DNA of 64,000 nucleotides from Glaucostegus cemiculus. Taxonomy: Eukaryota. The stretch lies in contig CDPCPM010000367.1 of assembly GCA_976551045.1 (NCBI GenBank), forward strand, positions 1,364,001 through 1,428,000, written 5' to 3'. The stretch's first letter is position 1. Each line of letters opens with the position of its first letter. The notes beneath the pieces are model-generated. The model had not been told where the DNA came from, did no database searches, and worked only from the letters and a program-made list of their open reading frames with translations. A program made the position numbers and the translations under genes. Below are positions 47,136 to 60,370 of this stretch, in pieces.

Positions 47136-48939
47136 TTTATATTATTCTGTTCTTGTAGGTTCTCTTGCTTTTTGCTCTTTAAGTCTTGCGTAGTCTTTGA
47201 AGCAAACAGCAGCTTTAAGGAAATTTCTCTGCAGTTTTATAAATATTTCGCAAAGATACCTTCAAATTCTTTCAAGACAAGCTTGCATAATTTGCAGTAT
47301 TACAGTGAGCAGCTCCTCCATTACCATTCTTTTGTAGTGTCTATCGACAATTATGGAATTAAACTAAATTTGTTTTCCTCTCCACTTGGAGAAGTGTTAT
47401 TTGCTTGCCATATTTAATTCTGATAATTTGCCCAGTGTAACTTCCATAGAGTCCCTCTGCTGGCCAGCTGAGCTCATGCCTGAATCAAGGAGTAAGCCTC
47501 TTTTCAATGTAAATTACGTCCTAATGATGTTGATTCACAATTTTCTGAAGGGTACATGCGCAGAATTTGCTGTCGGGTCTTCTCCATTCATTTGTCCTTA
47601 CATGCAGATCAGGAGACAGTCAGAGAGGCTTTGAATATTTTTCAGTGTGGCATAGAATGACAATCTCCCAGCTACACACCAGCCTATTCTCTGCTCAGCT
47701 TGTACTGCTTCACCTTCGGCCTGCCGCTCCTCCACAGGTTTCAGCCAGGGTCCCATTTTTTCTGATATCTGTAAAGCCAATGAGCTGCAGTGTAATGCTT
47801 ACCCAATCACACTTGCCTCTTTAGTGCCAAAGTGTTGGCCACCCTGAAGACAAAATTGACCTTGAGGAATACTTGATAACAATTTACAATCCATTGATTA
47901 TTCACAGGTCACTATGCATCTATCTAAGTGAAAATAGATAAATCTGAAACAATAAAATTCACTTTGATCCAAATTGATAATGAATGCAGATAATTACTTT
48001 ATGGCAACAACAGGCTAATGAGATAACAATCTACAACAGAACTAAGAGGCAGGGTTCAGTTTTCATTATTTCCTTTTAGCTATTAACAAGAGTTATGTGT
48101 TTCTAAATTTAGTGAAGTTAATTCATATCACAATATGTGGACAATTAAAGCAGTTTGGATGCAAAAATGAACAATCTATAAAATGGAGTTGGGGAGTGAG
48201 AGGTGATTGGGTCTTCATGCAGTGTAATTCATTCAGAAATCTAAAGCCATACACTGTGTTATTTCAATATAACATTTTACTTTGATATTAGATAAGAATG
48301 AATAGTAAAGCTTATGGGAACTTGGAAAGCAGCAACCTAAGCCTGTCGGCCAGCAGTTGTGTTTTTTTATTATTATGTTCCTGTTGTGTATGCCTTTTTA
48401 ACATAATGTATGTCTTTTTCAAGCAATGAAGCTGCTCACTACAGAACCTCATAAATATTGTAATGAGAAGACCTGATGAAGTCATTTGCAGCCTGGACTG
48501 AATTTAATAGTAAAGTGTACACAGTTTGCACAGTCCTGCAGCTGGCATTTAAAGCAAACTGTTGTGGCACCAAGGTTCCCAAGACAGTTCCATTTTATCC
48601 ATTTTTATTTTTAACGTTTCCTTGTGCAGCCCACAGATATAGATGTGCTCTCCCTGTCCCTGCCAGAAAAAAATTGGAATTCTCTAGCATGGGATTCTTT
48701 AGTCATAGTCCCCTCCACATCAGTGACTAAGGAGACTGCATCCTTTTACATTTCCAACCTAGGGACTTTCCATCAAGGGCAAACAGGGGAGCTGAGGTGT
48801 TGTAATGGTCAACAATGATTCAAGTGGGAATTTGCATCAGTTTGTAACAGAATTTGCATGCGGACATAAGCTTCTTCTTCATTACAAAGTGATCTGCAAG
48901 AGAGCCTGCAGTAGTTAATTTACTGGAGTAATATACAGG

Positions 48940-49265
48940 CACCTGGAATATTGAACTGGAGGCATGAGGGTGAATCCAAATCCAGCAGCTGAAAACAAAT
49001 TCAAGTAATCAAATAAATCTGGAGTTAAAAAAATTAGTCCTAATAATGATGACCATGAAAGTACTAAATTGTATAAATCATCCAGTTTACTGAGTCATTT
49101 GGGTAAGAGTGTCTGCTGTCCTTAGCTGGTCTGGTCTATAAATGAATTCAAATACATCCCCATGACATGGCCTGACAAGCCACCCAGTTCACTGTGGCAA
49201 TGAAAAGTGGACAATAAAAGTTGACCTTGCTAATGTCATCCACATCATGTGAAAGAATACATTAA
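48940..49265 (+). mobile_element. Old SINE sharing its tail with 46950-47135
   Basis: aataaatctgga..atgaccatgaaa..ctgctgtcctta.ctggtctgg..ggacaataaaa.ttgaccttgc..ccacatc.tgtgaaagaat. Confidence 0.5.
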
Positions 49266-52200
49266 GTTGGGGTGGGTGATAAAAATCATATCTTTGATCC
49301 CTATTTATATTTTCATTATAAATTCCTGTGCCCAGGCAGACTTGTGATGCTCACTAGCTAATAATGTGCAACTAAGAGTTTTAGTATAAATAGGGGGAGA
49401 GAGTCTGAGTGTTCTTTCACTTTACCATTGTAACTTTGGAAACCACTGCAAAATAGATTGAACAACTATTTTTGCCATTCATTTACCAAAGTTACAATGA
49501 TTCTACCCATATCCAAAAATCCGTAATATGTATATATATTGATAGGTAGTGAACATATTTAAAGTAACTACAAAGCAGTACAGGATAGTTTATGACAAAA
49601 AAAAAGAAACTAAATTCTGAGCTATAGCCCAAATATATCAAATACATTGCCCTGCAGGGCTTCAAGCTCCTAAGACAGAGATGGTTCTTACTATAATTCA
49701 TGCTGTTCAAGAGTGGAAGTGGGAATCTGGTTTTGGATAACCAAAGGATCCAGGTCTAACATCACAATATCATCTATAATTGATCTTAAAGTAGTTTCCT
49801 AGAAGCTGCACAAACAGCACTAGCATTGTTATTCTGGGTTCTTTTCAGTAACAGCTATAGAATTATTTCATTGGCAAATGCACTATTAAAATTATTCATT
49901 CTATTTTGTCGGTGAGCACTTTTGCAACATTTTCAAATGCAATCAAAACATTTATATTTTTACTGAGATGTGACAATACTGGGACAATGTAAATAATGGT
50001 TAATTCAACACTTTGACAGCTTTGAAATACTTTCCCACTGAGATTTTTTATAACCAGATGTTCATATATCCCTGAATTGTGTGTGTCTCACCATTTTTGC
50101 AAATAGTTATTGTTTATCCTATTACAGTTAACACTTGGTGATGAAAAGGAGGTCTAATTAGAAGATATAATTGTCATTTTGGGAAAGTGCACACCTGCCA
50201 TGACATTTGAGAATGACTGAGAAGGAGGAATATTTCTCTGGTTTGAGACAACGAAATGTGCCAGTGTTTCCTTTATGCCTATTTTCTTTCTAAGTGGCAA
50301 TTAGGAAAAACAATCTGGCCTGAAAAGCAAAGAGAATTTTCCTTTCAAGTTCCAGAAATATCAGATAGCATAAGTGACCAATAGAGAATTCCCTGCTATT
50401 AACTGGTAACTAACTATGTTAAAAGTGAATGGTCCCATGAAAATGGTAAGAAGTTACATAGAGTGAAAACACCATCTTAGGTTGATTCAGAATGATAAAA
50501 GTTTAACATTTTTGAACATTTTTTACTTGGAAGGCATTCCTAATTTGGTTACGATATCAAGATAAATCCCAATTTTTTCAGATTTAATTCATAACATTCT
50601 TGCAACCTCATTTTTGTTCTGATTCAAAGGAATACATGAAGATGGTTGGCTGGAGTAGAAATCAATCAGCATGCAAGATCACTGATGGCAGCTCTGTGTT
50701 GCCAACCCAATTGGTCCCACTTGCTTGTTCTTTCTCAACTGCCTGCTAGCATTTTTCTCATCAAATTGTTTTTATTGTTGTCATGGGAAACACTTATGGA
50801 GAAGACTAGTGTAACTGAATCTAGCCAAATGTCTAGAAAGAATCCAAAATTTGTAAAGCATAGCTTTTTGCAATGATGGCTACAAAGAAACAAAATAGAC
50901 CATTCAATGGATCTTGTTTAATATTCAATTTGTATCTGAGCACACAGCTTGTCTTGAATTGAATGATACCAGCATCTCTGTTTCAGATCTGTCTCATTCC
51001 ACCCCACTCATTTTAGATACATGTTTGGAATCCAATTAATTTTCTTGCTATTAAATCGATGGAGGTAACTTTCAACTTCAGGGATAGAAAATCTGTCTTC
51101 AATCAACCCTCCAGTTAAATACTCAACTCTTTTTCTCCAACTAACTTTGAAGTTCAAAGGTGGTTTTTCAAAGTTCCTCTTCAGTTTTAACTGGCGCACA
51201 ATTTGTCAGTAAATTATTTCCGTTCATCTTTATTGGTTGTTTTGGTTTGACACTCGACAGATAATGAAGGCAACGTGAAAGAATAATTATCTGAGTTGCT
51301 AGTTCACTATCATCTAATTTATACTTGCATAAAGTCAGATGTTTTGCTCTTTATTTATTACTAGGTTGTGTTAAGAAAACAAAAGTGAAAGTCCTATCTT
51401 TACTACTCCATCTAAGAAAAAAATTACATCCTAATCTATTTTAAAGACATTCGCAGTCTGTCAAAATGTACAACACTAGCATTTGAACCATGACTTATTT
51501 TTATGGAGTCATGGTGTAGAGCACAGAAATGAGCCCTTCGGCCCATTACATCTATGCTGACCTTATGCCCATCTACATTATCAACTTGCAATTTCTAAAG
51601 GTATAGCCAGTTGCCTCTGACACTTACCCTCCTGAGTTTGCTCTGAATGATCTGAGTGGGGTAAAACAAGTCAAGGTTCACAGAGCAGCACAACCTAGAA
51701 CTTCTTTAAAAGTTTGTGAAGATAGAGCAAATCCAAAAAGTAAAATAAAATGAGCAAAAGCAGTACAAATATTATTACATTGGACATAAAAACTATCAGA
51801 GCTCATAGGATGTAGAACATTACACAATACCATTCATTGGTATGACCTCTGAATTCTAACAACTTGCACAGCCTTAACGTTTAACTGTAATTTCAACTTG
51901 CATGTTGAATTCTTCCAATTCTAACCCTCAAAGCACTCACTCTGGTGATCACTTGAAGCACGTAGTTTACCTGAACAGGTAATCACTCCATCCACAGTTC
52001 CCTTGCAAGCTATGATTTAACTGTTATATATTATGCACATGTAGAGCTCTTTCAAGCTCCAGATGATTTTGAAAATAACACACTGATGATTACTCAGAGG
52101 GGTCTGTTGACGTTTGTATGGGGGATCAATCCAGTCCACATACTTTGCAAGTTGGCAACGTTTACCCAGAACCCTCCTTATTTTACAATAAAAAAATCAC

Positions 52201-52894
52201 ACCTGTGATAATTTGATTGCTGCGACCCCTCCTTCTTTAAGAGTACTATCTTTGTAAATTTGAGTTGTTCTCTGAATGAATCAGTCAAATTTACAAAAAA
52301 AAGGTAATTATCACCACAAAAAATAGAAAATCCATGGATATGTTAACATTCTGAAAGATTGCTGAATAGGTTTTACTCTCATGACAATTCTGATGTTTAA
52401 CACTTTCAAAGGCTTTTGGGGACAAATCCAGTTTTGAGTTGTAAACTTTGTTCATCAGTTAATGATGAACATGTAAAATTTTTGTTTCTACCAGATCCTT
52501 TCTCCATTGGTTCTACATTGGCAGCAGTGAGAGTTTGGGGTGGAGGATTGGGGAAGGGGAGTGAAAAGCATTGGGCTGGAGCCATGTGGACGGATAATTG
52601 CAGCTTAATTGGACAGGTATTCAAGATCAAGTGACAAAGTTGCTGCCTATTTGTACTTCCCTCCTCATGCTTCAGCTGGGGAGGTGGGAGTTTCACTTCA
52701 ACTACTCATTAAATGTAGTTACATAAAACTTTGGCCCACTTATAAAATAACAGTAAAAGGGAATAAGGAGGGATTTCTTCCTGATACAAGTGGCGGTCTG
52801 TTTGACTGGCAATAAAATTAGTCAATCCACAGGAATGAAGAATTTGGTAAGGGTTAAAGGTCCAATTCTTAATGCTTCATTTGGAAATAAGATT

Positions 52895-53168
52895 TTAATT
52901 TTAATTTTTAAAATTTAATTTAATTTTATTTTATTTACAGCGTGGTAACAGGCCCTTTCAGCCCTCCGAGTCCACGCCGCCCATTTTAAATCCCCAAATT
53001 AACCTACCCATACGTCTTTCAGAATGTGGGAGGAAACCAGAGCACCCGGAGGAAACCCACGCAGACACGGGAGAACGTACAAACTCCTTACAGTCAGCGA
53101 CGGGAATCGAACCCCGATCGCTGGCACTGTAACAGCGTTGTGCTAACCGCTACGCTATCATGCTGCCA
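52895..53168 (-). mobile_element. V-SINE with a CR1-type tail (HE1-like organisation)
   Basis: Same head and V-core as the other copies, but the tail is gggctgaaagggcctgttaccacgctgta followed by (AAATT)n. Confidence 0.85.
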
Positions 53169-53654
53169 TTGTATGTAAATGGATTGGCTGTCAGCAAATC
53201 AAATCAAAAGCCAGGCTTTAAAGATTAAAAATTTCAAGGTCCAATAGGATTCACTTTGACTCTTGGATAGCCTTTAAGCAGTTCTGGGTGTCCTTTTGTT
53301 GACAAGAAGGACTAAAACCTGACAGGAGAGATATGGCTGACCTAAAAGTTGTCTTAATACAGGAATTTCAGCCTTCTGGAATTCTCAAGGACTCTGTGAT
53401 GAATCCCTTGGAATTTTAACTGGGGCCCCAATTTGTGTTCACTTGGCACTCCAGTGTTTACATGGAGGACAACTGCTCGATCAGGTAGGCACTTTAACAA
53501 AGGGCAGTGTGGTGACTGCCAGCAAAATAACTAATATTCCCCTGAGAAACTCAGCTTTAAGAAGAATTAATTTAACCTGTTAACAAGGCTGTAGTGGAGT
53601 GCCTGTACTTTGATACTTTGTTACAGACTGTTCGTACAGATCAATTAATTACAC

Positions 53655-54842
53655 ATAGAACACTACAGCACCATAAGGCCTTTCAGCCCAGAATGTTGTG
53701 CCGACATTCTATCCTGGTCTAAGATCTACCTAACCATTCCCTCCCACATAGCCCCCTATCTTCCTATCATGCATGTGTCTATCTAATAGTCTTTTAAATG
53801 TCCCTAATGTATCTGTCCGACAACCTCTGCAGGTTGTGCGTTCCACGCATCCTCCACTCTCTGTGTAAAAAACTTACCCCTGACATCCCCCTTATACCTT
53901 CCACCAATCATCTTAAAATTATGTCCCCTCATATTAGCCATTGTTGCCCTGGGAAAAAGTCTCTGACTATCCACTTGATCTTTGCTTCTTATCATCTTGT
54001 ACACCATTATCAAGTCACCTCTCATCCTCCTTATCTCCAAAGAGAAAAGCCTTGGCTCGCTCAACCTATCCTCATAAGACATACTCTATAATCCAGGTAA
54101 CATCCTGGTAAATCTTCTCTGCACCCTCTCTAAAGCTTCCACATCCTTCCTATAATGAGGCGACCAGAACTGAACACAATACTCCAAGTGTGGTCTGACC
54201 AGAGAGCTATAGGGCTGCAACATCACCTCGCAGCTCATGAACTCAATACCTCGACAAAGACAGCCAACATTCCATACTCCTTCTCAAGAACCCTATTGAT
54301 CTGCATGGCAACCTTGAGGGATCTATGGATGTGGACCCCAAGATCCCTCTGTTCCTTCACACTGCTAAGAATCCTGCCATTAACCTTGTATTCTGCTTTC
54401 AAATTCGATCTCCCAAAGTGTATCACTTCACACTTATTCCATCTGCCACTTCTCAGCCCAGCTCTGCATCCTATCAATATCCTGTTGTAATCTACAGCAA
54501 CCTTCTACACTATCCACAACACCATCAACCTTTGTATCATCAGCAAACCCACCCTTCCACATCCTCATCCAAGTCATTTATAAAAATCACAAAGAGCAGG
54601 GGTCCCAGAATAGATCCCTGCGGAACACCACTGGTCACGACCTCCAGATAGAGTACGCTCCATCTACCACCGCCCTCTACGGACGAGCCAATTCTGAATC
54701 CACTCAGCCAAGTTTCCCTGGATCCCATGCCTCCCAACGTTCTGAATAAGCCTTCCATGAGGAACCTTATCAAACGCCTTACTAAAATCCATGTACACCG
54801 CATCCACTGCACTACCTTTATCAAAGTGCTTTGTCACATCCA
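53655..54842 (-). mobile_element. CR1 LINE 3' 1.2 kb, same subfamily as 6061-8560
   Basis: [39 protein letters not shown] and FFTQRV. Long nucleotide identities with 6061-7280. Confidence 0.93.
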
Positions 54843-57499
54843 CAAAGAGAAATTAACAGGGTTACATGCTACTGTGTCTTTAGGTGTAACTTGCACACAA
54901 ATTAACTTGTGCATGTGTGCTGGAGAGCCCTAAAATTATATTTTGTACTTAATAACACAAACATTTATACCAATGATATGTGACTATTATATGTTCAATT
55001 TTATGCTCATTTGTACACAAAAGGATTTGTAAATACAGGTTTTGAGAGAAAATTTAAAATTTGGCTTTCTCAGACAAGTCAAAATTAAGAAGAAAAAAAT
55101 GGCAGGAGGTTAAGATACTAATAAACAAGGCTTTGATGTAGCTTTCTTAAAGTGCAAATTATATGTAATTCATTGTTTTTCTTTTTTTATATCACATCTA
55201 TTCAATTGGAAAGTCTTTGATCCTTTTCCTGCTGTGAGCAGCAATATAAAACCAAGAGGCAGACAGAAGCAGTTAGTATTTGTTTGAAAAGACAAGTTGT
55301 ACCAGTTGTAGGAAGCAAATCTGATAAAGCTCCTGTTCTATTACGTTCACTCATAGTGAAAGAAAACATCTTGCCTATTCATATCCATACTTGCCTCATT
55401 AACTATTTGATGGGCCCACATTTGGAAAGATTGAAGAACTGCATGTTAGAAGTAGATGAATCACTTGGATCTTGTGATTGTAATGACAACAAAACTGTCA
55501 GTGCTCATTGGTGCACTGTGCAACTGACACCAATTTCTGGAGAATGCTTATGCACAATCAATTCCAGAAATCCAGAAAATGCTTTCAGTGATTCCCTGTT
55601 CCTTGACAGAGGTTGCTAATTATACCCTTATTCCACATAGTCATCAGAAATTAGTTATTTAGCTAGTGATCTGGAAACTAGTTCTTGCAGAAAATCCATC
55701 CCTCCCCCCCCCACCGCTGCGAACATATTACCTTGTTGAATGAGGTATACCAGTTTGTCAAGCTATTCGGAGAAATTCCTGCTCAGCAAACCCTTTGCAT
55801 CATTTTCCCTCATCCCAACTCCCACACCCCTACCAACAATAATATGTGCATGCTTTGTCATTCCCTAAGATAACTATCCCCAAATTCTGTGTTTATAACA
55901 ATTTTAATTTTTAATACTTATGGTACTACAAATATAACTTAAACTCATGTGAAGCTTCCAGTTTTTTATATTGTGCTTTGTAAAATCTTTAAGATGTTGG
56001 TTAGACATAGTGCATTATACTTGGTTTGCTCTCTGTGCGAATATGTTAATGTGACAGTCCTGCTTGATGACTTTCCTGTTGCTGATGATGGAAATGCTTT
56101 TGTTTTGCTGCTTACCTCAAAATTTAGATCATAGTTTTTTCTGTGGTATAATATTTTTGCTCTAGCACCATGATACATAACTGTGCAAGAACGTAAGTGG
56201 CAGTGTGAAGCAACTCATGTGAGAGTGAATTCTTTAGGCACCTTATGAGAGTGACTGATGTTACTGAATCTAATAATGTATTTACAGAAGAATAGAACTT
56301 ATATTCAAAACACAGTTCATGTGTGTCTGAAATGAAAGCAGGCCATCATCCCTGAGCAATTCATCAACCAGGACTGTGAGACCTTGGAAATGTGTTAAAA
56401 AAAGGAACTTGCAGAAGACCCAGATCTCACCACCCAGCATGATGGAAATGGAGGATAGAAAAAAATTTGGCTGAATCAGATTGGTGTGAAATGCTATGAG
56501 CAATGTTTTTTAAAGGCTGTTGAAAATCCATCGTGTGCTCGTCTGTGTCATCATCACTAGTTTCTACTGGCAAATTGGCCAACATTAGTGAGTTATGTTA
56601 TTCTTGCAGTTACACAGTGCACTCCGTGAAACAATGAGGCTAGATGCCATGTGACACTTTCCTTTTGATATCCACTATTCTATACTCAATTAAATTGCTC
56701 TTTGACAATATTAATCTTTTCCTGATTTAAATGTTATCTCTTGTTTCCTGAATTTTAAATTAAGAATCTTACTGTCTACATCACATAATTGGTGCAAATA
56801 AGAAAATAATGAAATCCTAATCAATTCAACTTTTACTCTCTAAACTTTATTAGTCTGTGTTTTTGTCTCCAATTGATGGCTTCTTGATATAGGGATTGAT
56901 TTTTTTCTTAAGGGTAGCATTGAGTCACTTTGTTTCTGAGTGTGAAATAGACTTGGTGCCGGTCAAATTGTGCACCTTAATGAATTTAAGCTCTAGTAAC
57001 AAATTCATTGCCTTATTTTCATTTCTCTTCTCCCCAACATACCATTTATTTAAAATATTTCTCAAACATCTTTACTTTCTCTCTGCTCAAGAAATTTTGA
57101 TTTGCTTGCCATTAATAATTAGCTTATACTTCTGGCAAAGAATTACAGCTAAATGGTGGAATTGAGGATTTGAATAAAGAGTCAATCAGATTGTCAATAC
57201 ATCAAAAACCTAAGATTGGTATATATGCTTCTCCCTGCTGCACTCAGGAAAAGGATAGATGATTCACAGTTTGCCTCTGTAATCATCATTCTTTGTATTA
57301 CGATGTACTCAAAAGCAGAATTTGTTTGACTTTATCTCAATTTCTCAGGTTTTTTTAAGAGAAGGGGGTTGCAATGCATTCACATGCAGGAAAAACCATA
57401 CTTCACCAATCCACTAAGGGCCTTTAGTGACCCAGGATCCCAAAGAAATAGAACTTCTATCAAGATTTTGAGAGTCAGTTTATGATCCCCTATCCTGAG

Positions 57500-57772
57500 C
57501 CACAAACTACTCCAGATTCAGTGTATATAGTTTCAGTTCATATTGATTTAATTTAATTTAATTTAATTTAATCTGCATATTAATTTAATTTTAATTTCCG
57601 TAGTTTTTAATGTTTAATGTTTTTTAATGTTTATTCTGTTAAGTGTGTCTGTGTGTCTCTGTTGGTTGTTATTCAATGGGACGAGCACCTGAGGAGGACG
57701 GTATCTCGCTCCTATGCATACTATGTATGTATATGGTTGTGACAATAAAACTGATTCTGATTCTGATTCTGA
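57500..57772 (+). mobile_element. LINE-type 3' end with AATAAA and (ATTCTG)n tail; (ATTTA)n inside
   Basis: gtgacaataaaactgattctgattctgattctgat at 57740-57772. Confidence 0.5.
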
Positions 57773-58272
57773 TAGAAACAGAAGAAAAAGGAGTAGTTAA
57801 AGCAGATCTTCGAGTCCATGTGATGGTGCAGTTGTAATTAATTTCTCAGTCATCAAACACAACCTTTGGATGGTAGCATTATGGCATTTATACAGTTAAA
57901 CATGAATAAATGGCAAACTAAATTGTTTTCTACTTGCCCATGACAATTGGATAAATCTGATGCCTGCGGTTCAATCATGGTAACCAATAGGCAGTCCATA
58001 TTTTCAACCTACATGATGTAAGCAATACCAGTAAAATTACCCATGCAGCCTTGTACAATTTACTGGTAAGTTTATAATAAGGGATTCAGTGGGGTAATCT
58101 TTAGATAAGTTGGGAGATGGAGCATCGGCAAGGCCCCCCTGATGCCATGAAGATTTAACTGCCAATGCTAACAGGAAGCCACTGCAGGTAGATCACCTAT
58201 TTGAAAGGCAGTGAGTCTGGTGGGGAGATGCTGTTGTTTAAAGACAGCTTGCACCACAACAATGGGCAATTG

Positions 58273-58866
58273 TGAACACAAACTACCCCTCTATTTCATA
58301 ATAATGCAAATATTTTGAATTTGAATATGGAATGTCCCTTGAAGAATTAATTTAAATGGAGGGAAAATGCATTAGGTAACATACAACTGGTAAAGCAATG
58401 TCCAGCTTCACATTTCTCACTCTCTTTGCACAATCTTGCTCTAGCCTCAGCATCAGAAATTGTTCTGATGCTACTTTTCGATGAATGACATCTCAGAGAA
58501 AAGGCATTCAATCTAAGTGGCCTTTGTTCACTTTTATGCTCCACACAAGGCTTCTTCTCTCCGACCTCATCTAATCCATTCAGTATATCTTTCGCCACAA
58601 GCCCTAAAAACAATACAGGACCCTCCTGCCCATACATAAGGGACACTTTAAACTGGACAGCAAGCACTTAAATTGAAAGTTTACATTAGTAGTTTTGGGT
58701 GCAAAATCAGTGATTTCCTCTTTTGATTATTTATATCCAATTATTGCAATATAACATAGCAGAGTTTTGAACAAAAACTACTCCTCTGTATTTAATAATA
58801 GTGCAGATATTTTGAATTTGAATATGGAATATCCTATACAGATGAAGAAATCATTTAAGTGGAGGG
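58273..58866 (+). repeat. Diverged direct repeat of about 95 bp (58273-58363 and 58768-58866)
   Basis: Shared tgaaca.aaactac.cctct, atattttgaatttgaatatggaat and atttaa.tggaggg. Confidence 0.8.
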
Positions 58867-59780
58867 GAGCATGAGTAATGCAGTAGATGCCATAACCATG
58901 ACTTCAAAGGAACTGAATTTTGAAATTACCATATAGTGTGTTTAGTGCTACTGAGGAAGTCAATTTCTAGGTAAATGCGATATGGTATATGTAATATGCT
59001 ATATTGTAACTTAAGTAGAGCACTGTAACTGATTTTACTTTGAGCACCAATGCTTTCCTGTTATCTTCTTGACAAGTTTTATGGGTGAGCTGCATCACTT
59101 GCTGGAGCTAAATGGATTTTGTTTTGAGTTACTATTATTAATTGCATTAATATAAATAGAAATCTCTGCAAGTTTTGCTCTAGAATATATATATTTTTTC
59201 TTACTTTTTATTATAGACTTTAATTAATCTATCTACTTAATAGATTGGATAAGTAATTTATACTATTCATGGAATGGAAAACCCTTAAAGAAAATCCTTT
59301 CCTGAGCTGCAGATGAGTAAAATCAATTTTTTCTGCTTTTTATCTTTAAAGACACATACACATTTCCTGAAAGTGTGACCACTAAGCACTGTGCCCTGCA
59401 CACCTTTGTCACACATCCAGACAAATGGTGAACTTGATGTTCCTGCTGAGTGCCATGTTAGCTTAAAAATAACACTGCTGATTGTCCATGCATTATAGAA
59501 TTTGCCCAGTTGTTTCTTCATTGGCTTGTACACCACTCAAAGGCTTAATCAGGCCTGTTTCTTTAATGTGCAAACAAGCACCAAATTAACAGACCTCCCA
59601 TTGCATTGGAGTTCCTTAAACTGAGAGCAAATGCAGATCACTGGCAGCTATTTGGTAGGAACTGGAAGATCTGGAAAATCGCAAATGTCACTCTACTCTT
59701 TAAGGGGGGGAAGCAAAAGACAGGAAATTATAGGCCAGTTAGCCTGACTTCAGTGGTTGAAAAGATGTTAGAGTCCATTA

Positions 59781-60370
59781 TAGAACATAGAACAGTACAG
59801 CACAGTACAGGCCTTTCAGCTCACAATGTTGTGCCGACCTATATAAACCTTCTCCACATTCAGTTTAGTCCCCTCTCTCCTTCACCTCCCATAACCATCT
59901 ATGTTTCTTTCAACCATGTGCCTATCTAAGAGTCTCTTAAATGACACTGTCATATTGGCCCCTTCCACCACACCTGGCAGTACATTCCAGGCACCCACCA
60001 CTCTCTGTGTAAGAAACCTAACTGACATCTCCCTTGAACTGTCCTCCACACATCTTAAATGGATGACCTCTGATATTGGCCATTACTGCCCTGGGGAAAA
60101 TGTGCTGGCTGTCCATTCTGTCAGTGCCTCTCATAATCTTGTATAGCTCTTTTCCAAAGACGAACAGGTTAGGAAGTTATGGGCATGCTATGTTGGTGCC
60201 GGAAGCATGGCGACACTTGAAGGCTGCCCCCAAAAAAATCACTACGCAAAAGATGTACTTCACTGTCTGTTTCGATGTACATGTGACTAATAAAGATCTT
60301 ATCTTATCAAGTCACCTCTCATCCTCTGTCGCTCTAAAGAGAAAAGCTCAACCTCTCCTCATAAGACATC
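59781..60370 (-). mobile_element. CR1 3' fragment nested in the + strand CR1, itself interrupted by a SINE
   Basis: tagaacatagaacagtacagcacagtacaggcc tail. After the SINE the sequence resumes with tatcaagtcacctctcatcct. Confidence 0.82.
60150..60307 (+). mobile_element. V-SINE 3' half
   Basis: ttccaaagac..ggttaggaagttatgggcatgctatgttgg..gatgtacatgtgactaataaagatcttatcttatc. Confidence 0.85.

Noticed and set aside
50822-50832. TAGCCAAATGT resembling the R2 28S target
   Set aside because: A short chance match more than 30 kb from the R2-like element, with no other rDNA similarity.
53085-53168. tRNA gene suggested by A/B boxes (gggttcgattcc)
   Set aside because: It is the tRNA-derived head of a V-SINE and continues into the V-core.
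57412-57429. Near-palindrome cactaagggcctttagtg
   Set aside because: Too short to exceed chance in 64 kb.
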